Source: Epithemia pelagica
Lineage: Eukaryota; Protista; Bacillariophyta
DNA: 64,000 bases
NCBI GenBank assembly: GCA_946965045.2
Contig: OX337233.1
Location: forward strand, 2,728,001 to 2,792,000
Direction: 5' to 3'
In this document: piece by piece, positions 1-12,969 of the stretch
Numbering within the stretch: the stretch's first letter is position 1
How the letters are laid out: each line of letters opens with the position of its first letter
Translations under genes and position numbers: made by a program
The notes under the pieces: generated by a model
What the model was told of the DNA's origin: nothing
Seen by the model: only the letters and a program-made list of their open reading frames with translations
Database searches by the model: none

Positions 1-288
1 ACAAGTAGGACTCTTCAACCCCTAAGGCCATCCTCTATGGTGCGAGTATCGAACCTACATTTTAATCATTGAGGAATTCTTATCGGCAGTTTTATATCTT
101 ATGGAGTAGGGAGGTTGACTTTGTTATCGCTTTAACAAACCTTCATGAGAAAGCTCCATGGTGGTTGGGATTACGGATTCCGAAAACGCGATTCTTCCGA
201 TACTTATGTGCGATTGCAATGTGCACAAACCACGTCACCGGGCCACTTTTGGTTTGGGGTTTCCATTCTTAGATTTAGCCTGATCACC

Positions 289-867
289 ATGATGATTCGA
301 TCCAACTTGTTTCTAATCTTTTCTTCTCTGAGTTACGTGTGCTCCCTCAATGTCCATCCCCCCGTGGCGCGCAGAGACGCCGTAAAAAGCATCACCCAAA
401 TGGTATCTGCTTCTCTTGGGTCCTTTGCCATGATGCCTTCCTTGGCGGCCAGGGCATCCGAGAACGACGACCGAATTTCCGATACCGAGATCAAAGAAAC
501 GGTAGAGAAAGACATCTTGGAGCGGCAGTTCTTGGTGACTGGGAACTTGACGCCTCGGGTCTATCGTCCCACAGCAACCTTTACGGACGAAATTGATACC
601 TACCAAATGGATCAATGGATGAAAGGTACACAAAAGTTATTTGTGGGTGAAAAATCAGAGATACGGTTGGTTGGAGACGTCATGGTATCACCTGAGAAGG
701 TAGAATTCCGTTTCGACGAAGATCTCATGTTCCGAATCCCTTTTCGTCCGACTGTCTCTCTGACCGGCAAAGTTGTACTTGCGCGAGACGAAGCCGGGTA
801 CATCACATCGTACCAAGAGTTTTGGGATCAAGATGTTGTTTCTGTTCTCAAGACGGCCAAGTTCTGA
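289..867 (+). CDS. DUF2358/NTF2(SnoaL)-like protein, probably plastid-targeted
   Basis: The ORF from ATG 289 starts with a signal-peptide-like stretch (MMIRSNLFLIFSSLSYVCSL). The C-terminal ...FLVTGNLTPRVY...ATFTDEID...ITSYQEFWD pattern resembles the algal/plant DUF2358 family. Confidence 0.55.
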   Translation: MMIRSNLFLIFSSLSYVCSLNVHPPVARRDAVKSITQMVSASLGSFAMMPSLAARASENDDRISDTEIKETVEKDILERQFLVTGNLTPRVYRPTATFTDEIDTYQMDQWMKGTQKLFVGEKSEIRLVGDVMVSPEKVEFRFDEDLMFRIPFRPTVSLTGKVVLARDEAGYITSYQEFWDQDVVSVLKTAKF

Positions 868-1107
868 ACGCAGTGTCTTATTTCAGTTACCTGTTGCCTC
901 TATTAATCGTACTGCTCGTTAAAATGTTTGTGATCTTGGACCACAGTGAGTCTTGAGATCGTTCGGCTATCAGTAACTCGATACATCAGTTTAAAGAAGC
1001 ACTACTTTGCTTTTTCTTTCAGACGCTTATCAACCTTAAATACAAGCGCTACTCCCGACAAAGAACCCCATCCATTGCATCAATTGACCAGAGACATCTT
1101 GAACCAT

Positions 1108-2565
1108 TTAGTCTCCTCCACGTCTAGTGAACCTTCTTAGGAATCGTCGAAGCCCTCGTTTTCTCTCAGGGTGATCGTCGTCACTGTCACCGTCTTTGCC
1201 GTCTCCTGGCTTTTTGAACCCGCGTGTAATGGCAATGCGTGCCTCTTCCAGAGTGGCATCGGGTCCGAGTGGACTCTGCGTGTTCTTTCGTCTATCCTTG
1301 TAAAAGTTTGGATCCTTGGTTCGTTCCAAGTAATCATCTCCCTCTACTTCAGCTAGAATATCAATAGGAAGCTCTGAATCAAAATCACATGCAAGGACAG
1401 TGATTGAAATCTCTTCTTCCATGGCTGGATCAACCAAAGCACCAAAGATGATGTTGGCATTGTCATCCGCGTTCTCGTAAATAACCTCACTAGCTTCGTT
1501 GATTTCTTGAAGTCCCATATCTTCTCCACCGACAATGTTAAAGACAATGCGTTTTGCCCTTTGAATTGGGAAGTCCAATAATGGACTCGATATAGCCGCA
1601 ACAGCAGCATCCGATGCGCGATTCTTGCCAATTCCGGTACCAACACCCATGAGAGCTGTTCCAGCATCTTTCATGACAGCTCGAACATCGGCAAAATCTA
1701 CATTCACAAGACCTGCTTTCAGAATGATTTCTGAAATCCCAATGACACCCTGCCTCAAAATATCATCGGCCACAAGAAAGGCATCCGTCACGGGTGTATT
1801 GTCTGGAACGATCCGTAACAATTTATCGTTGGACACAACAATCAAAGTGTCCACATGTCTGCGCAATTCCTCAATAGCTGCTTCAGCCTGTCTCATTCGA
1901 TTCCTTCCTTCAAAGGCAAAGGGTTTGGTAACAACACCTACTGTCAAACACCCACAATCGTTCTTGGCAATTTCGGCCACTACCGGTGCCGCACCGGACC
2001 CTGTCCCACCCCCCATACCAGCCGTAATAAAAATCATATCGGCACCTTCACATATACGATGAACTTCTTTATCATTCTCCAAGGCTGCTTGTTGTCCGAT
2101 TTTGGGGTCTCCACCGGCACCCAACCCTCGTGTCAAGGCTCGGCCAATGTTCAAGACATTGGGTGCCAGGGACTTGGCCAAGGCTTGCGCATCTGTGTTG
2201 ATTGCCCAGAAACTAACACCTTCGATTTGACTCGCAATCATCCGATTGACAGCGTTGCCACCTCCACCACCTACACCGAGCACCTTGATAACACAAGGGG
2301 GACTGGGCGATGTTGCATCGTTGACATCAAAGGCATCTCCCATGTTTAGTGACGTCTGACTAAATCGCCAAGAAAACTTATCGTTGGGTTCTCTCCGTCT
2401 TGTAGTATACCAACATATTGGCTTTCTGGCAGCGCATTGAGATTGCTGTCGATATAGTTGACTTTGTTGCGTGCAGCAAAGCGGAAGTGGATTGAGATTG
2501 TAGCCCATAACATTGAGTAGATTGCATGTTATCGTCAAACCCAAAGCAAGGACCAGAAGCGACAT
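1108..2565 (-). CDS. ftsZ: Plastid division protein FtsZ (nucleus-encoded, bipartite targeting)
   Basis: Motifs [24 protein letters not shown], tubulin signature [12 protein letters not shown] and NVDFADV. Likely start is ATG 2565 ([10 protein letters not shown]... signal peptide); the ORF is open to 2754. Confidence 0.95.
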   Translation of the reverse strand: MSLLVLALGLTITCNLLNVMGYNLNPLPLCCTQQSQLYRQQSQCAARKPICWYTTRRREPNDKFSWRFSQTSLNMGDAFDVNDATSPSPPCVIKVLGVGGGGGNAVNRMIASQIEGVSFWAINTDAQALAKSLAPNVLNIGRALTRGLGAGGDPKIGQQAALENDKEVHRICEGADMIFITAGMGGGTGSGAAPVVAEIAKNDCGCLTVGVVTKPFAFEGRNRMRQAEAAIEELRRHVDTLIVVSNDKLLRIVPDNTPVTDAFLVADDILRQGVIGISEIILKAGLVNVDFADVRAVMKDAGTALMGVGTGIGKNRASDAAVAAISSPLLDFPIQRAKRIVFNIVGGEDMGLQEINEASEVIYENADDNANIIFGALVDPAMEEEISITVLACDFDSELPIDILAEVEGDDYLERTKDPNFYKDRRKNTQSPLGPDATLEEARIAITRGFKKPGDGKDGDSDDDHPERKRGLRRFLRRFTRRGGD

Positions 2566-3513
2566 TGGTGATCGACTGTTGACTCGCAAATGAAGTTGGG
2601 TTGATGATCTTGATGGCCAATGGTTCCCTTCATCACCTGACATGGTGCTCGAAGTGTATTGATGACGTATCCACGTTGGATCCTTTGATGATAATATGAA
2701 GCGGGCTTTGGATATTGACCCTTCCTGCACTTTGTATGAGCTGGTTGGCATCACGGAGGCCCTATCTCTCCTCTGGATGCAAGGGTATCAACAACTCTCC
2801 ACTCGGATGACGTGCACGTTGTTGTGTTACGAACTAACACAAACAACAGAGCAATAGACCAAAGTTTTGATTGTCTACAGCTACCCTGCCATTGATATTG
2901 ATCGGCACACGCAGGGTGACATTTCAGGGGCGACGCACACGCCAAAGTCGACGAAAATGGTGCCGCGTTGAACAGAAGATTTTTGGAATTGCATTCTCGA
3001 TTAGGGTTAAAGTTCCCTCAGTTTCTTTTCTGGGATAGACTTTGGGTAGACCTATCCCCGAAAGAAATACTCCTACTCTTGGAATCGTTTGGATGAAGCA
3101 GCTGATACATCCAATGATCAACTTCGATCTAATCGAATGGTCTCCTCGGGGAAGAGCAGTGGTAAATAGTAGGAGGAATGGTCAGCACACCATTGTCGGA
3201 CTATGCGCCTCTAGCTAGAGTAGAGCTCAACGGGCTACCCCATGCTGTGAACATGATATTCCCTATCTCTCTTCTTGTCGATATAGTTGAACAAACCAAT
3301 TGAATGTAAATCATGTGGACGCGGGATTGTTTACTTGAAGATTCGAAGAATCGCGCGTCTTTCAAACAGGTGCTCGTGTTCCACGGCGGCAAAAAGTCGA
3401 GAACGCAATTGAAGATCTGCTTCCCACTTCCCACAAAGAGGAGCAAACGAACCGAACGACCAAGAGGTGAAGCTATCGAGAAAGGAGAACATTATCCTGA
3501 ACGACTTATCGCC

Positions 3514-4472
3514 ATGTTTGCCGCTCGTCCTGTTCGTACTTTAGTGCTGAATCGCGTCTCGACTCAGGCGCGAGGTGTGGCGCTCCGACGCACCTGGTTG
3601 TCCACCGAATCCGCGTCCAAAACGACCGAGGCCGCGACATCGGCGGCAAAGGAGGGTGCAAAAGAGGAAGCCAAGAGTGGAGGATGGTGGAACTCGGCCC
3701 AGTTTTGGGGTGGATTGGGAGCTCTTGCTGGGTGGGGAATGTCAGGATCGGCCATTTACGACGCCTCCCAGCAAGGACCGGAAGTGATCAGTTTGAGCAT
3801 GACGCCCGTTCTGATTGTCTACAGTTCCCTCTTTGCCAGATGGGCCTATATTGTCAAGCCACAAAATCTTCTGTTGTGTGCATGCCATGTAGCAAATGTG
3901 GCCGCGCAATCCAACCAAATGCGACGCGCTCTGGAGCACAAAATAAGCATTGGCCAGGAAGCGCAAGTCAATGACATGGCACAAAAAGCGGCAGTTGGCG
4001 GTGCGGTTCTGGCTGGAAGTGTGCTGGTCGGTCCCTCTGTTCGGTCTGCGCTCTCGAATGCCAATCTCGGCATTGTTTCGGCCACTGCAGCTGCCGATGC
4101 TGGACCATTTACAGTTCACTTTTGGTGAGTTGCATCATTTTTGTGGGCTCTTCAGCAACATGACCACTCGTGCCATGCGTAGGAGCTTTACTTGTCACAC
4201 ATGGGCTCACAGTTTTCTTTCTTTTCAGGGCTCCCATGTCAAAGTGGATGATCTCAGGGGCCAGCTTTCTCGAGTTGGACCGACCGACTGAAAAGATCTC
4301 ATTGGCGCAGTACTCTGCGTTGACCTTGACTGGCTTTTTCTTTTCGCGATATGCCCTTCTGGTCACACCCATTAATTACACATTGTGCTCTGTCAATATT
4401 GCTCTCTTTTTGAGCTCTGCCTGGCACCTGGGACGCAAAGTCAAGGCCGACTTTGTGGATCCCAAAGAATAG
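3514..4472 (+). CDS. Mitochondrial pyruvate carrier, tandem MPC1-like/MPC2-like fusion; intron 4125-4228
   Basis: Splicing TG|GTGAGT...TTTCAG|G restores HFWAPMSKW. Two MPC repeats (QFWGG...W...ISLSMT...P.N.LL and HFWAP..KW...RPTEKIS...P.NY.L) follow an Arg/Ser/Thr-rich presequence. Confidence 0.85.
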
Positions 4473-4832
4473 ATGTTGTAGCTGATTGCACTTCTCTGTA
4501 ACTATTAAACACGCATTGATTATACTTCTGTATATCCGAGAACTGGCATTTCAAACCTTTGCTGAATATTCCTGCAAACGTATTTCTAGAATTGGTTATC
4601 TCAAGAGTCTCCTGAAAATTGTGGAAACGAAAGCATCTTAGACAGCGGTTCCTTAAAATTATGAACATGAAAACAACATTATTTTTCTTCTCTATTTCTC
4701 CAGGTGTGTGAACATCTATTCAAACTGTGGCGAATGTTTCGGAGAAGGCACAATCAATGAATAGTTCAAGTGCGGTCACAACAATTCACAGTGACGGGCA
4801 AATCTTGATCTATCTCCACCAGCACCAGTCTG

Positions 4833-5238
4833 TTATACGATAGTGCACCATTCACATTCCCCAGGTGTTGTTGAATTGAAGGTGTGGCAATTTGCACAGC
4901 GCCAGGATGTTGCCTTGTCCGGAAGATCATAGGGCTGGGTACGTAAAAGCGGAACAAAAAAATCATCATTAGTTTCAAAACAAATTCCACAGAAGCACCT
5001 TAACCTCCAGTGTTCGACAAGCCATGCGACGCTTGAATTCCCCAGTACAGAGCGCTTCGCGTACCGTGTGACATTTGCTGCAGTAGAATCGTGAATGCCC
5101 AGGAGGAATGGCAGCTCCAAATTGCTGTTGCGCATCTTTCGTGAAAGGACTTGCAGCATACGACGACGACGCTGGGACGGGTACAGCCTCCACAGACATC
5201 GGCTCTACGACTTTTTCGTCTTGGTTCTTCTTTGACAT
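4833..5238 (-). CDS. Small Cys4 zinc-finger protein with C-terminal CaaX-like motif; intron 4935-5064
   Basis: A GT-AG intron joins CSKCHT to PYDLPDKATSWRCANCHTFN; the protein ends CEWCTIV*. Confidence 0.55.
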
Positions 5239-5558
5239 TCTATTACTTCTTCGTGTTGTTGTATACTTGACTCTTCTCAACGCAATTGGAGATCACCGAA
5301 ACAGTGGGGATGTGGGATTGATTCGAAACTCGCTTTTGGCGCTAGTCTACCCTTGCTAAGGTTACTATCATATTTCGCTACTCCGTACTCCATCTAGGAG
5401 TAGGAGCATTTACTCCTAGGTAGTCCTTGAGGAATAGGAATAGTTACGTATGGCCAATCAATTTGTATGACACTTTGTCTACTGGAACTTGAGCTAAACT
5501 GACTTAACCCATCGACATCTACGTATAGCAGCAAATGCTTATATCCTTGTCCAGTGGC

Positions 5559-7435
5559 TCAAACATCGATTATCTCAATCGTTTTTGTGGGCATGTTATT
5601 CTTGTCCAAAGGCGTGGGTTGATCAGGAAACCGGGTATGATCCATGTCTCTTTTTTCAGCCATAGCTATCGGGCTGGTGTATGAAGAACTGTAGCTCCCA
5701 CTCTCGTTCAAATGTTCCTTTCTCTGTCGAGGATACAATCCTGTTTCCTTGTCAAGTTGTTTCCCACAGGTTGTAGGGTCCGGTGGCAAGAAGTCTCGAA
5801 GATACAGCTCCCTGTCGGATTGCTCGAGTTGGTCAACTGGGATCGGAGAAATCTGCCACAGCCGTTTTGTCAAGAGCCTAGATATTGGTCGGATCAAAAT
5901 TGACCCACATCTTGACGAGACGGCTGAAGAATGCGACTGAGTAGACGGCGACAGGGAGCAGGGATGTTTTGCTTCCGTGTTTTGAGGTGCTTTGGAATTC
6001 ATAGGAAAGCCTTCTGTTTTTTGTTGACGGCAAGACCAAGGGACTGTTAAAGATGTTGTTGATGTTGCAGTGGCGTTCGTGGTCATGTCTGTCCTCCCAC
6101 TACTTCCGCTGAGTTCGCTAGATACGTTGCCCCCATCCGTCTTCGATTTCACTGGCGACAGAGTCAATTTTCTGTGACGGGGTGATCCAGTAGAGGGAGA
6201 AATACTTTTCAATTTGTCTTCGTCAAACTTGTACATATCTTCATCCGAGCACGAGGAAGCAGTTGAGGGTGACGTAGTATACTTCGACTTCTGATCCACT
6301 ATGCACTTCTTTTTCAGTCGTCGTATCTCTGGAGCATTTTCACGAAGTGCTTGGCATGTCTACCATTCAAGTTAGATTATGAGTACGGAAGACAACATTG
6401 AATATGGTGTTTGCGATACACATACCTTCTCCCTCGCGCGTTCGTCTCCAATATCCACCCACAAAACCTGCCCATTTGGAGCAGTTCTTTCATACCTTCG
6501 GAGAAATCTTCCTCCTTGCTTTCTCACCAGATCGACAATAACGGAGGCGACGGCCGGCTTATCTCGTTTCTTCGCCTTCAAATACCGTTCCTGAAACTTT
6601 TTCACGAATGAGCGAAACACGCGGTTTCCCGAATGAGAATTTGTGGCTCCACCCCTTCCACAAAGAACATCATTTGGGGTGATATCGCTTATCAAAAGAA
6701 TGGGCTGTGGCTGAGGAGGCGTTGGAATAGACCACATACTGGTGTTTGGTGCTGGTTGAAATGGCGGGAAAAAATGACTACTATGGTGCTGGTAACCGCC
6801 ATAGCCAACGGGATGCTGTGAGGAAGCAACAAATCCATTGTGCGATGGAATTGTGAGCGGAGAGCCGCGCTGGGAGGTATATCCTCCCCTCATTTTCATG
6901 GATCCATATTCAAGTGTAGGTGTGTATTCGTGACTAGTTGTAGAAGCGTGCAGGTAGGCACCATTGCTCGGGCTTACTGATGAGTCAAATGAAGCTCCTG
7001 GATGGGCAGGAAGATGAAAGTACTCATGGGGTGGCGGTGCCGATACAGATGGATAATGTGGGCTTGGGATCCAGCTGTGCATCATGTTTGTTGCATTGTG
7101 AGGAGGATAGTAGACCGGCACAGATGGCGCATACATTCGTGGGGACATATCAGTAGATGGCCGCGCTACTGCAGGGTTCCTCTCTTCTATACTTTTGTTC
7201 ATTCCTGCACTTCGATGCTTTGGTACCAAATTTGTCTGTATCGCAGTTGGATTCCAACATGAGTGGAGAGAAAAGGGAACAGCAGCAAGGGCATAATCAA
7301 AACACTCACATTCACAAAGTGGGATCCTTCGACAGAGTTTGGTGGTGTTGGTGTAGGTTTCTGGGTCGATTCGATTAAAGATCCTTTGGTTTTCGAATCA
7401 GTTTCCTTGATTGTATCGTCTCTTGGAGATTCCAT
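5559..7435 (-). CDS. DUF6824-domain protein (diatom-expanded family); introns 7236-7309 and 6360-6425
   Basis: NDVLCGRGG...HSGNRVFR...GGRFL...W.DIGDERAREK is joined by a phase-0 intron to TCQALRENAP. Low-complexity Pro/Ser/His flanks. Confidence 0.7.
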
Positions 7436-7697
7436 CGCGAAATATTGCATCTAGTTTGTCGAAAGTTGGTTTCTCCCGAGAATGGCGCTTTAGATCGAAG
7501 CCATATCCCTTGATTCGGGAACGAAGAAACCTGAAAGTGCGCATCGAAATCACTCCAAGCCTCACATGTCACCACGAGCACCGTGGAGGACATCCGGGGG
7601 TGGAGTATCTTCGCTTGCCATTTTTACAACGCTAAGGCAAACGTTACTTCCCAGGAAATGCCATTGCACACCCGCATATCACACATATGGATTCTAT

Positions 7698-7783
7698 CCG
7701 GTTTCGATTTTCATGGTCGTCTACTTCATAAACATGAAATTTCATGTTGATGAAATAGACGACAACATGAAAATCAAAACCGG
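7698..7783. repeat. 86-bp imperfect palindrome (cruciform-capable)
   Basis: Arms CCGGTTTCGATTTTCATG..CATGAAA and TTTCATG..CATGAAAATCAAAACCGG are reverse complements with few mismatches and no spacer. Confidence 0.85.
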
Positions 7784-8281
7784 AGTCTTGTGATTTGGAG
7801 AATTGTGTCGTTGATCGTGATCGACTGTTCAGTCGCACTTAAAGGCTTGTTGCTATCAAATCGTGCCAAAAAACGATCGATCGATCATGTTTTGTTTCTA
7901 TGGCCTTTTTGACATGATACTAGCTACTCCTAAAATCTAGTCCGCATACAAAGGGAGGCTTTGGAGATGACTTTGACAACAAATAATTAGCTACAACCAC
8001 CAATATATATCGGCAACTTATTTCATAGACATGCCTTTCGAACATCATGACAAGGAGGCGATTCAAGGAACATTAAAAAATATTTCTAAACGACTCTTCT
8101 TGACCAAAGCGTAGACCAATCCCAAATCCCATCCCCCAACCGAATACTCACGGAAAACGAGGAGAACTGAATCAAAAACTGCAATATAGCACACAGTGCT
8201 GTTTATGTCTATTTCAGTCTGCCAATTTTTTGTCGCTGTCTGCGGTAACATAGAACTATCCCATCCCACTCTTAGTCGATT

Positions 8282-9305
8282 TTAGGAGCCGTTATCATTA
8301 GGTCTCTTTGGAGTAGGTGAAAGCTCCTGTTCCTGCAGCAGCTGCCGAAGTAGCACTGCCCTTGCTGCCGTGTCACCGGAGACTGAAGATCTGTCTGGAA
8401 TATGAGCAACTTGTCGGTTCTGTTGTTGCTGTAACATCAGAATCTGTTCCCGAAGTAAAGAATCATTCGCGGAAGCCGGTCCTGCAGCAGGCTGTTGCAA
8501 GGGATTCTACGAAAATACAATTTCAGCGGTTAGTGATCCCCCTACCTGACGTATCAAGAGAAAACGTGCAACCTACCACAGTTTGCGCCCCGACACCAGA
8601 AAACCTGGCATGAACGTCTCCACGCTGCTGGGTTAAAACCTCAATTCCAGACCCAGCTGGTACTACAGTCGAGATCCTTGAAGGGAGGCTTTGTGGTGGT
8701 AAGTGCTGCAAACCTCCGAGCCCTTCCAAACGAAGTAGTTGTTCTACGGTTGTGCTGTTTTGACCAGCCCCTCCTGACACCGCAACGTTTTGTCCCATCA
8801 CGGGCTGGTTCCTTGCTTCCAAAATCCTCCGCATAGTGTCATTCGCGTCTATTTCGAATCCTCTGGTAACCAACACCTGAGGAGCCATCTGCCCATGAGT
8901 AACATTCAAGCTCGCTTGTTGTTGAGCTATCGCACTGCCATTTCGCGAAAGAATTTGAATGGTCTGCTTCGCAGCGATCAGTTCCTTCTCAAGATCAGAT
9001 ATCTGGTTTTTGTAGCTTTGATTGTTTTTGGTCAGCTCTGCTACCTGGTTCTCCAACGTCTCGATCAGAATCTTTTTTCGTTTCCGGCGCGCCCGTGCAG
9101 ATTCTCGGTTCATCGCCAATCTCTTTTCGCGCCTCAAGCGAGAAGTGCGATCAAGATGTTGTTCGCCTTGAGCTTGTTCGGAGGGAAGAACTTCATCGGA
9201 TTCATCGTCACTGTTGTCCTCGTGTTCTTGTGCGCTACGTTTCTTTTCCCCAGTCGCCACAAACTCATGACTAGATTCGTCAGAGCCAATTTTGCCATCC
9301 ATCAT
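8282..9305 (-). CDS. bZIP transcription factor; short intron ending at 8507
   Basis: Basic region RREKRLAMNRESARARRKRKK followed by a leucine zipper (LENQVAELTKNNQSYKNQISDLEKEL). An AG acceptor at 8507-8508 opens a Gln-rich last exon; the donor site is uncertain. Confidence 0.75.
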
Positions 9306-10716
9306 CGGTTCAAGCCCCGTCCTCTTTCGGTAAGATGAAACCACTATCAATGAGGTTGAGAAGATTGCTTATCGACGAATCTCGATGCTAAACACCCTCC
9401 TGAATTTGTTATTGATGGGTCAGCAATCAGCACATGCAAGCCGTTGGAAACAAACGAGGCAACAAAAAATGCGTTTGTCCAGGCCAAGAAGCACAGATGT
9501 GGGACACGGCTCCCTATCAGAAACACAAATCAGAATCAAAAAGAATTTTTATCAATCAGATATCAGCGATAGTACTGCTGGGGGCCTACTACAAGGACAA
9601 AGGCGATGACGACGAACAGCGACGAGCGACGAACCATTGAATTTAGTGTTGGAAGTTGGAACTGATTTGGGAGGTACGGTGGTGGAGTGATAGGGAGTAA
9701 GAGTATGTCATAGAGGACATCTTAGATACTGGTAGGAGTATTTCGTATAATGAGTCTTAGACATATTCTAAGTAAAGAGTGGCAGCTAGTAGATTCTTAT
9801 ACATTCGAAGTTCGAAGATCTCTAGTAGAGGTAGCTAGAGAGTGAGTATTGTACTTCTCTCTACTATCTACGAAGGTAGATCTGTCTACTCTGCTATAAA
9901 GGAAATACTTGAAAACTGGAACTAGCTAGAGAGCTAAGATTCTACTTGTATCTATCTAAGTAGATTAGAGGTAGAAGAATATCAGCTTAGTTAGAGATTC
10001 AGGATGTGGTGCTTTAGTAAGTATTTTATTGTTACTCCCTAGTTGAGCTAGAAACAAGAAACCTGCATACAGCAAGCAGCAAGTGGTCTACTTCTATTAT
10101 GACTCCGGGACGCCGACGCCGACGACGCTAGCCTCCCGGACAATTTAGAATTCGATACTCATCAAAAATCAAGATTCCGGGTTCCGGACTCGGACTCACA
10201 CCCCAGAGCGGTTCCAAATTCCAACCTGTTCCAACGTTTTGTATGAACATTTTTAAGTTCTACTCCTAATCGCTATTAGCTCCCTACTTGCAAAAGAGTG
10301 TACTTGCTTCTGGGACAGATGGTACGGATAGGGTGTGGAATTATCACTGCATCGCATTCAGTACGGAAATAATTCAATAGGGGATTGGGAATTGGGGATT
10401 GGTGGGAATTGAGCCTCACAACGAAGCGTCGTCGTTCGTCGTTGCGAATTGCGGAGTGCGAACTACGAGCCACAAACCAGAGCTCTGCTCCGTGACATGT
10501 GGCCGCGAACCCGATCAGCGCTGATCGATCACCCTGAAAGTCATTTGGGTACGCATGGGTAGCACGATCAGCGCATGCGCGACGCAACATAGCATAGGTA
10601 CTCCTAGTCACTAGTCACAGCTCTCTAGAGCTTAGGTGACATATAATAGGTGTACACGACCATGGACACATTGCATGCCCACAAAGGAACGTATAAATCA
10701 AGAAACTGAAATAAAG

Positions 10717-10929
10717 CTATGGTTTATTCTGGAAGACCATATTCCAATTATGGTTCAGGGAGTGAATGTCACTCACACTCCTGGGGTCAACAGCAGATGA
10801 TTTTGGCGTGACAATCAATCCAGTGATACTGAATGCCCACTCAGAATCACTGGCAGATGCGGGGAATCCCATGAAACAAATGACGAGATGTGTCCTCAAT
10901 GCCATCATCTTGTACCGAATCACTGTCAC
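10717..10929 (-). pseudogene. hAT transposase C-terminal dimerisation-domain remnant
   Basis: FPASASDSEWAFSITGLIVTPKSSAVDPRSV matches the hATC pattern (PA.S..SER.FS) and resembles the fragment at 12577-12819. The catalytic-region ER is changed to EW. Confidence 0.55.
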
Positions 10930-11003
10930 ATTCCTTGGCTAGTGTCTGTGGCTTCAAAGCGCTTCGATTGATGCCTTAACACTTTTCTTGCTTTAGGCGC
11001 TGA

Positions 11004-12214
11004 GGGTCGGTCTTATCGACACGATTTTTTCGCATTCTTCGCAAATCTTCGCATATATCCGGGTCGGTTTGCCCAAAATTTGCGAAGAAAATCTTCGCAA
11101 GTGGCCCATTTCGCAGATTCGAGGATTTGCGAAGGTTTTTGTGAAGGTCGTTGGGTAGCATCATTTTTCTTGGGTAGTACATGCAAATTCACCTCTAGGT
11201 ATATTTTACTCCTAGGGGACATCACACCCAATCGATGGGACCAATACAAATGACTTCTCTCCTTCTGTTAATTTTGAACAACAATCATATAGTGCAGCAA
11301 TGGACGACAAGATAAAGCAAGCTTTGTTACGGCACATGCACTCAGTGCATCTTCTGGGAGCTATTGCTGCATCACTGTCGCAAGAGGAAAGACCAAGAAA
11401 TCCAAGTGTGTTTCACCAACGGCTTCTATGGTCCAGTTTTCTAGAGGAGCATGGTCAGAGCTGGGTCTTTGAACGACACATGCGAATGCCACTCACCTCT
11501 TTCCATAAACTACTCTCATATGTGAAACCAGACTTAGCCGTGGATACACTGATGGCAGATTTGAGAGGCGGGCCCATTCTACCTGAAATTTCCTTGTATT
11601 GCACATTACGCTACCTAGCGGGTGGGTCATACGCTGACATTTTCATATTTTGTGGTATTTCTAAAGCCTCCTTCTACCAAGTAATATACAAGACTATGGA
11701 CTCCATTTGCCGGGCCCCGGAACTGTCCATAAAGTTTTGTGAGACAGTTGAAGAATGCCTGGAAGCTGCAGAAGGGTTCCAGCAGTGTACCATTGGGGGT
11801 TGCATCAACAACTGTGTTTCTGTGATTGATGGCTATCACTTAGAAATAGAGACTCCATCAAAAAGTGAAGTGGGAAACGTTCGTTCTTGCTTCTCTGGCC
11901 ATTACCAGACACACGGAGTGAACGTACAGGCCGCCTGTGAGGTGAGGATGCCCTACTGCTGTTGCAACTTCGACCGTTGTGGTTCTCCATTGTTTTCTCT
12001 GATTTTCCTCTCCTCTACTCCTATGTTACTTTTGTCATAATGCTATAAATTCTCAAAAGGCATAGCAATCATAGCGTCGTGGCGAAGGTTTACGAAGGTG
12101 TGCGTAGCTTTGCAATCGTTAAGACTGAACAGAGTTTCGCAACTTTGGGGTGCCCCCGAATGTATGCGAAGATTTGCGAAGAATGCGAAGAAATCGTGTC
12201 GATAAGACCGACCC
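11004..12214 (+). mobile_element. PIF/Harbinger element, internally deleted
   Basis: ~60-bp TIRs starting GGGTCGGTCTTATCGACACGA (3 mismatches). 3-bp TSD TGA at 11001-11003 and 12215-12217. Confidence 0.9.
11300..12040 (+). pseudogene. Truncated Harbinger (DDE_Tnp_4-like) transposase
   Basis: RMPLTSFHKLL, LYCTLRYLAGGSY, CVSVIDGYH and GHYQTHGVNVQAAC are present; similarity is lost after that, so the later catalytic residues are missing. Confidence 0.8.
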
Positions 12215-12359
12215 TGACAATTGCGCACCACCGGATTCGTCGTGGTCAATCCTCGGATCAGCTAATCGGATCAGCTGATCCAAGGCGCGGGTCGCGCGTC
12301 GCATCTCGCATCTCATCCATGTTTCATGTTTCGCATGATTCATGATGTTTCGTCAATGT

Positions 12360-12969
12360 TAGAGGTGGCTCCAGCGGTGAGCGGACGCGAAACTCTAGCG
12401 CTGGAGATCCAGCGCTGGAGAAACTCCAGCAGAGATTTTCTGTTGCTGGAAAGGTAAGCAGGTAAGCGCTACATTGGTCTCTGACTGTTGCATGTCATTC
12501 ATTTGCTCCGCACTGGTCATGACTGACCCTATGCCATTCATTTGCTCCACACTGCCTTCCACAATGTCTGATTGCAATGATAATGATGACTCATCAAAGG
12601 TGGAAGAGCATCATGTGGAAGATGAAAGTAAGTCAAGATCCCAACATTTGGTGCCTAGCAAGAAAATATCTTGCATTGCCTGCGACTGCTGCCTCTTCCG
12701 AAAGGTCGTTCAGTATTGCAGAACTGATCACATCTGCGAAACAAGCATCACTGGACCCTTCCACCGTTACAGATTTACCTTTTTTACGTGAGAATTGGGA
12801 ACATGTGTTCTCACCATAAGATAGATTCACTAGCTTCTAGCTAAGTATTTTCATCATGGTAGCACAGGTAGTCTTTTCTCCAGCGGACGCGCTTACCTAG
12901 CTCCAGCAGAGACGTCTCCAGCGCTTACCTAGCTCCAGCAGAGATGAGCTGTTGCTGGAGCCACCTCTA
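12360..12969 (+). mobile_element. Non-autonomous hAT element (610 bp)
   Basis: 16-bp TIR TAGAGGTGGCTCCAGC. Perfect 8-bp TSD GTCAATGT (12352-12359, 12970-12977). Subterminal CTCCAGC/GCTGGAG repeats. hATC fragment ARKYLALPATAASSERSFS at 12577-12819. Confidence 0.9.

Noticed and set aside
1108-2754. FtsZ as evidence of bacterial contamination or recent HGT
   Set aside because: It has a signal/transit-like N-terminus and sits among intron-containing eukaryotic genes, as expected for a plastid-division FtsZ.
10100-12350. TIRs for an outer hAT around the 10717-10929 remnant (GATCAGC-rich patches at ~10520-10590 and 12250-12310)
   Set aside because: I found no matching TIR pair with an 8-bp TSD.
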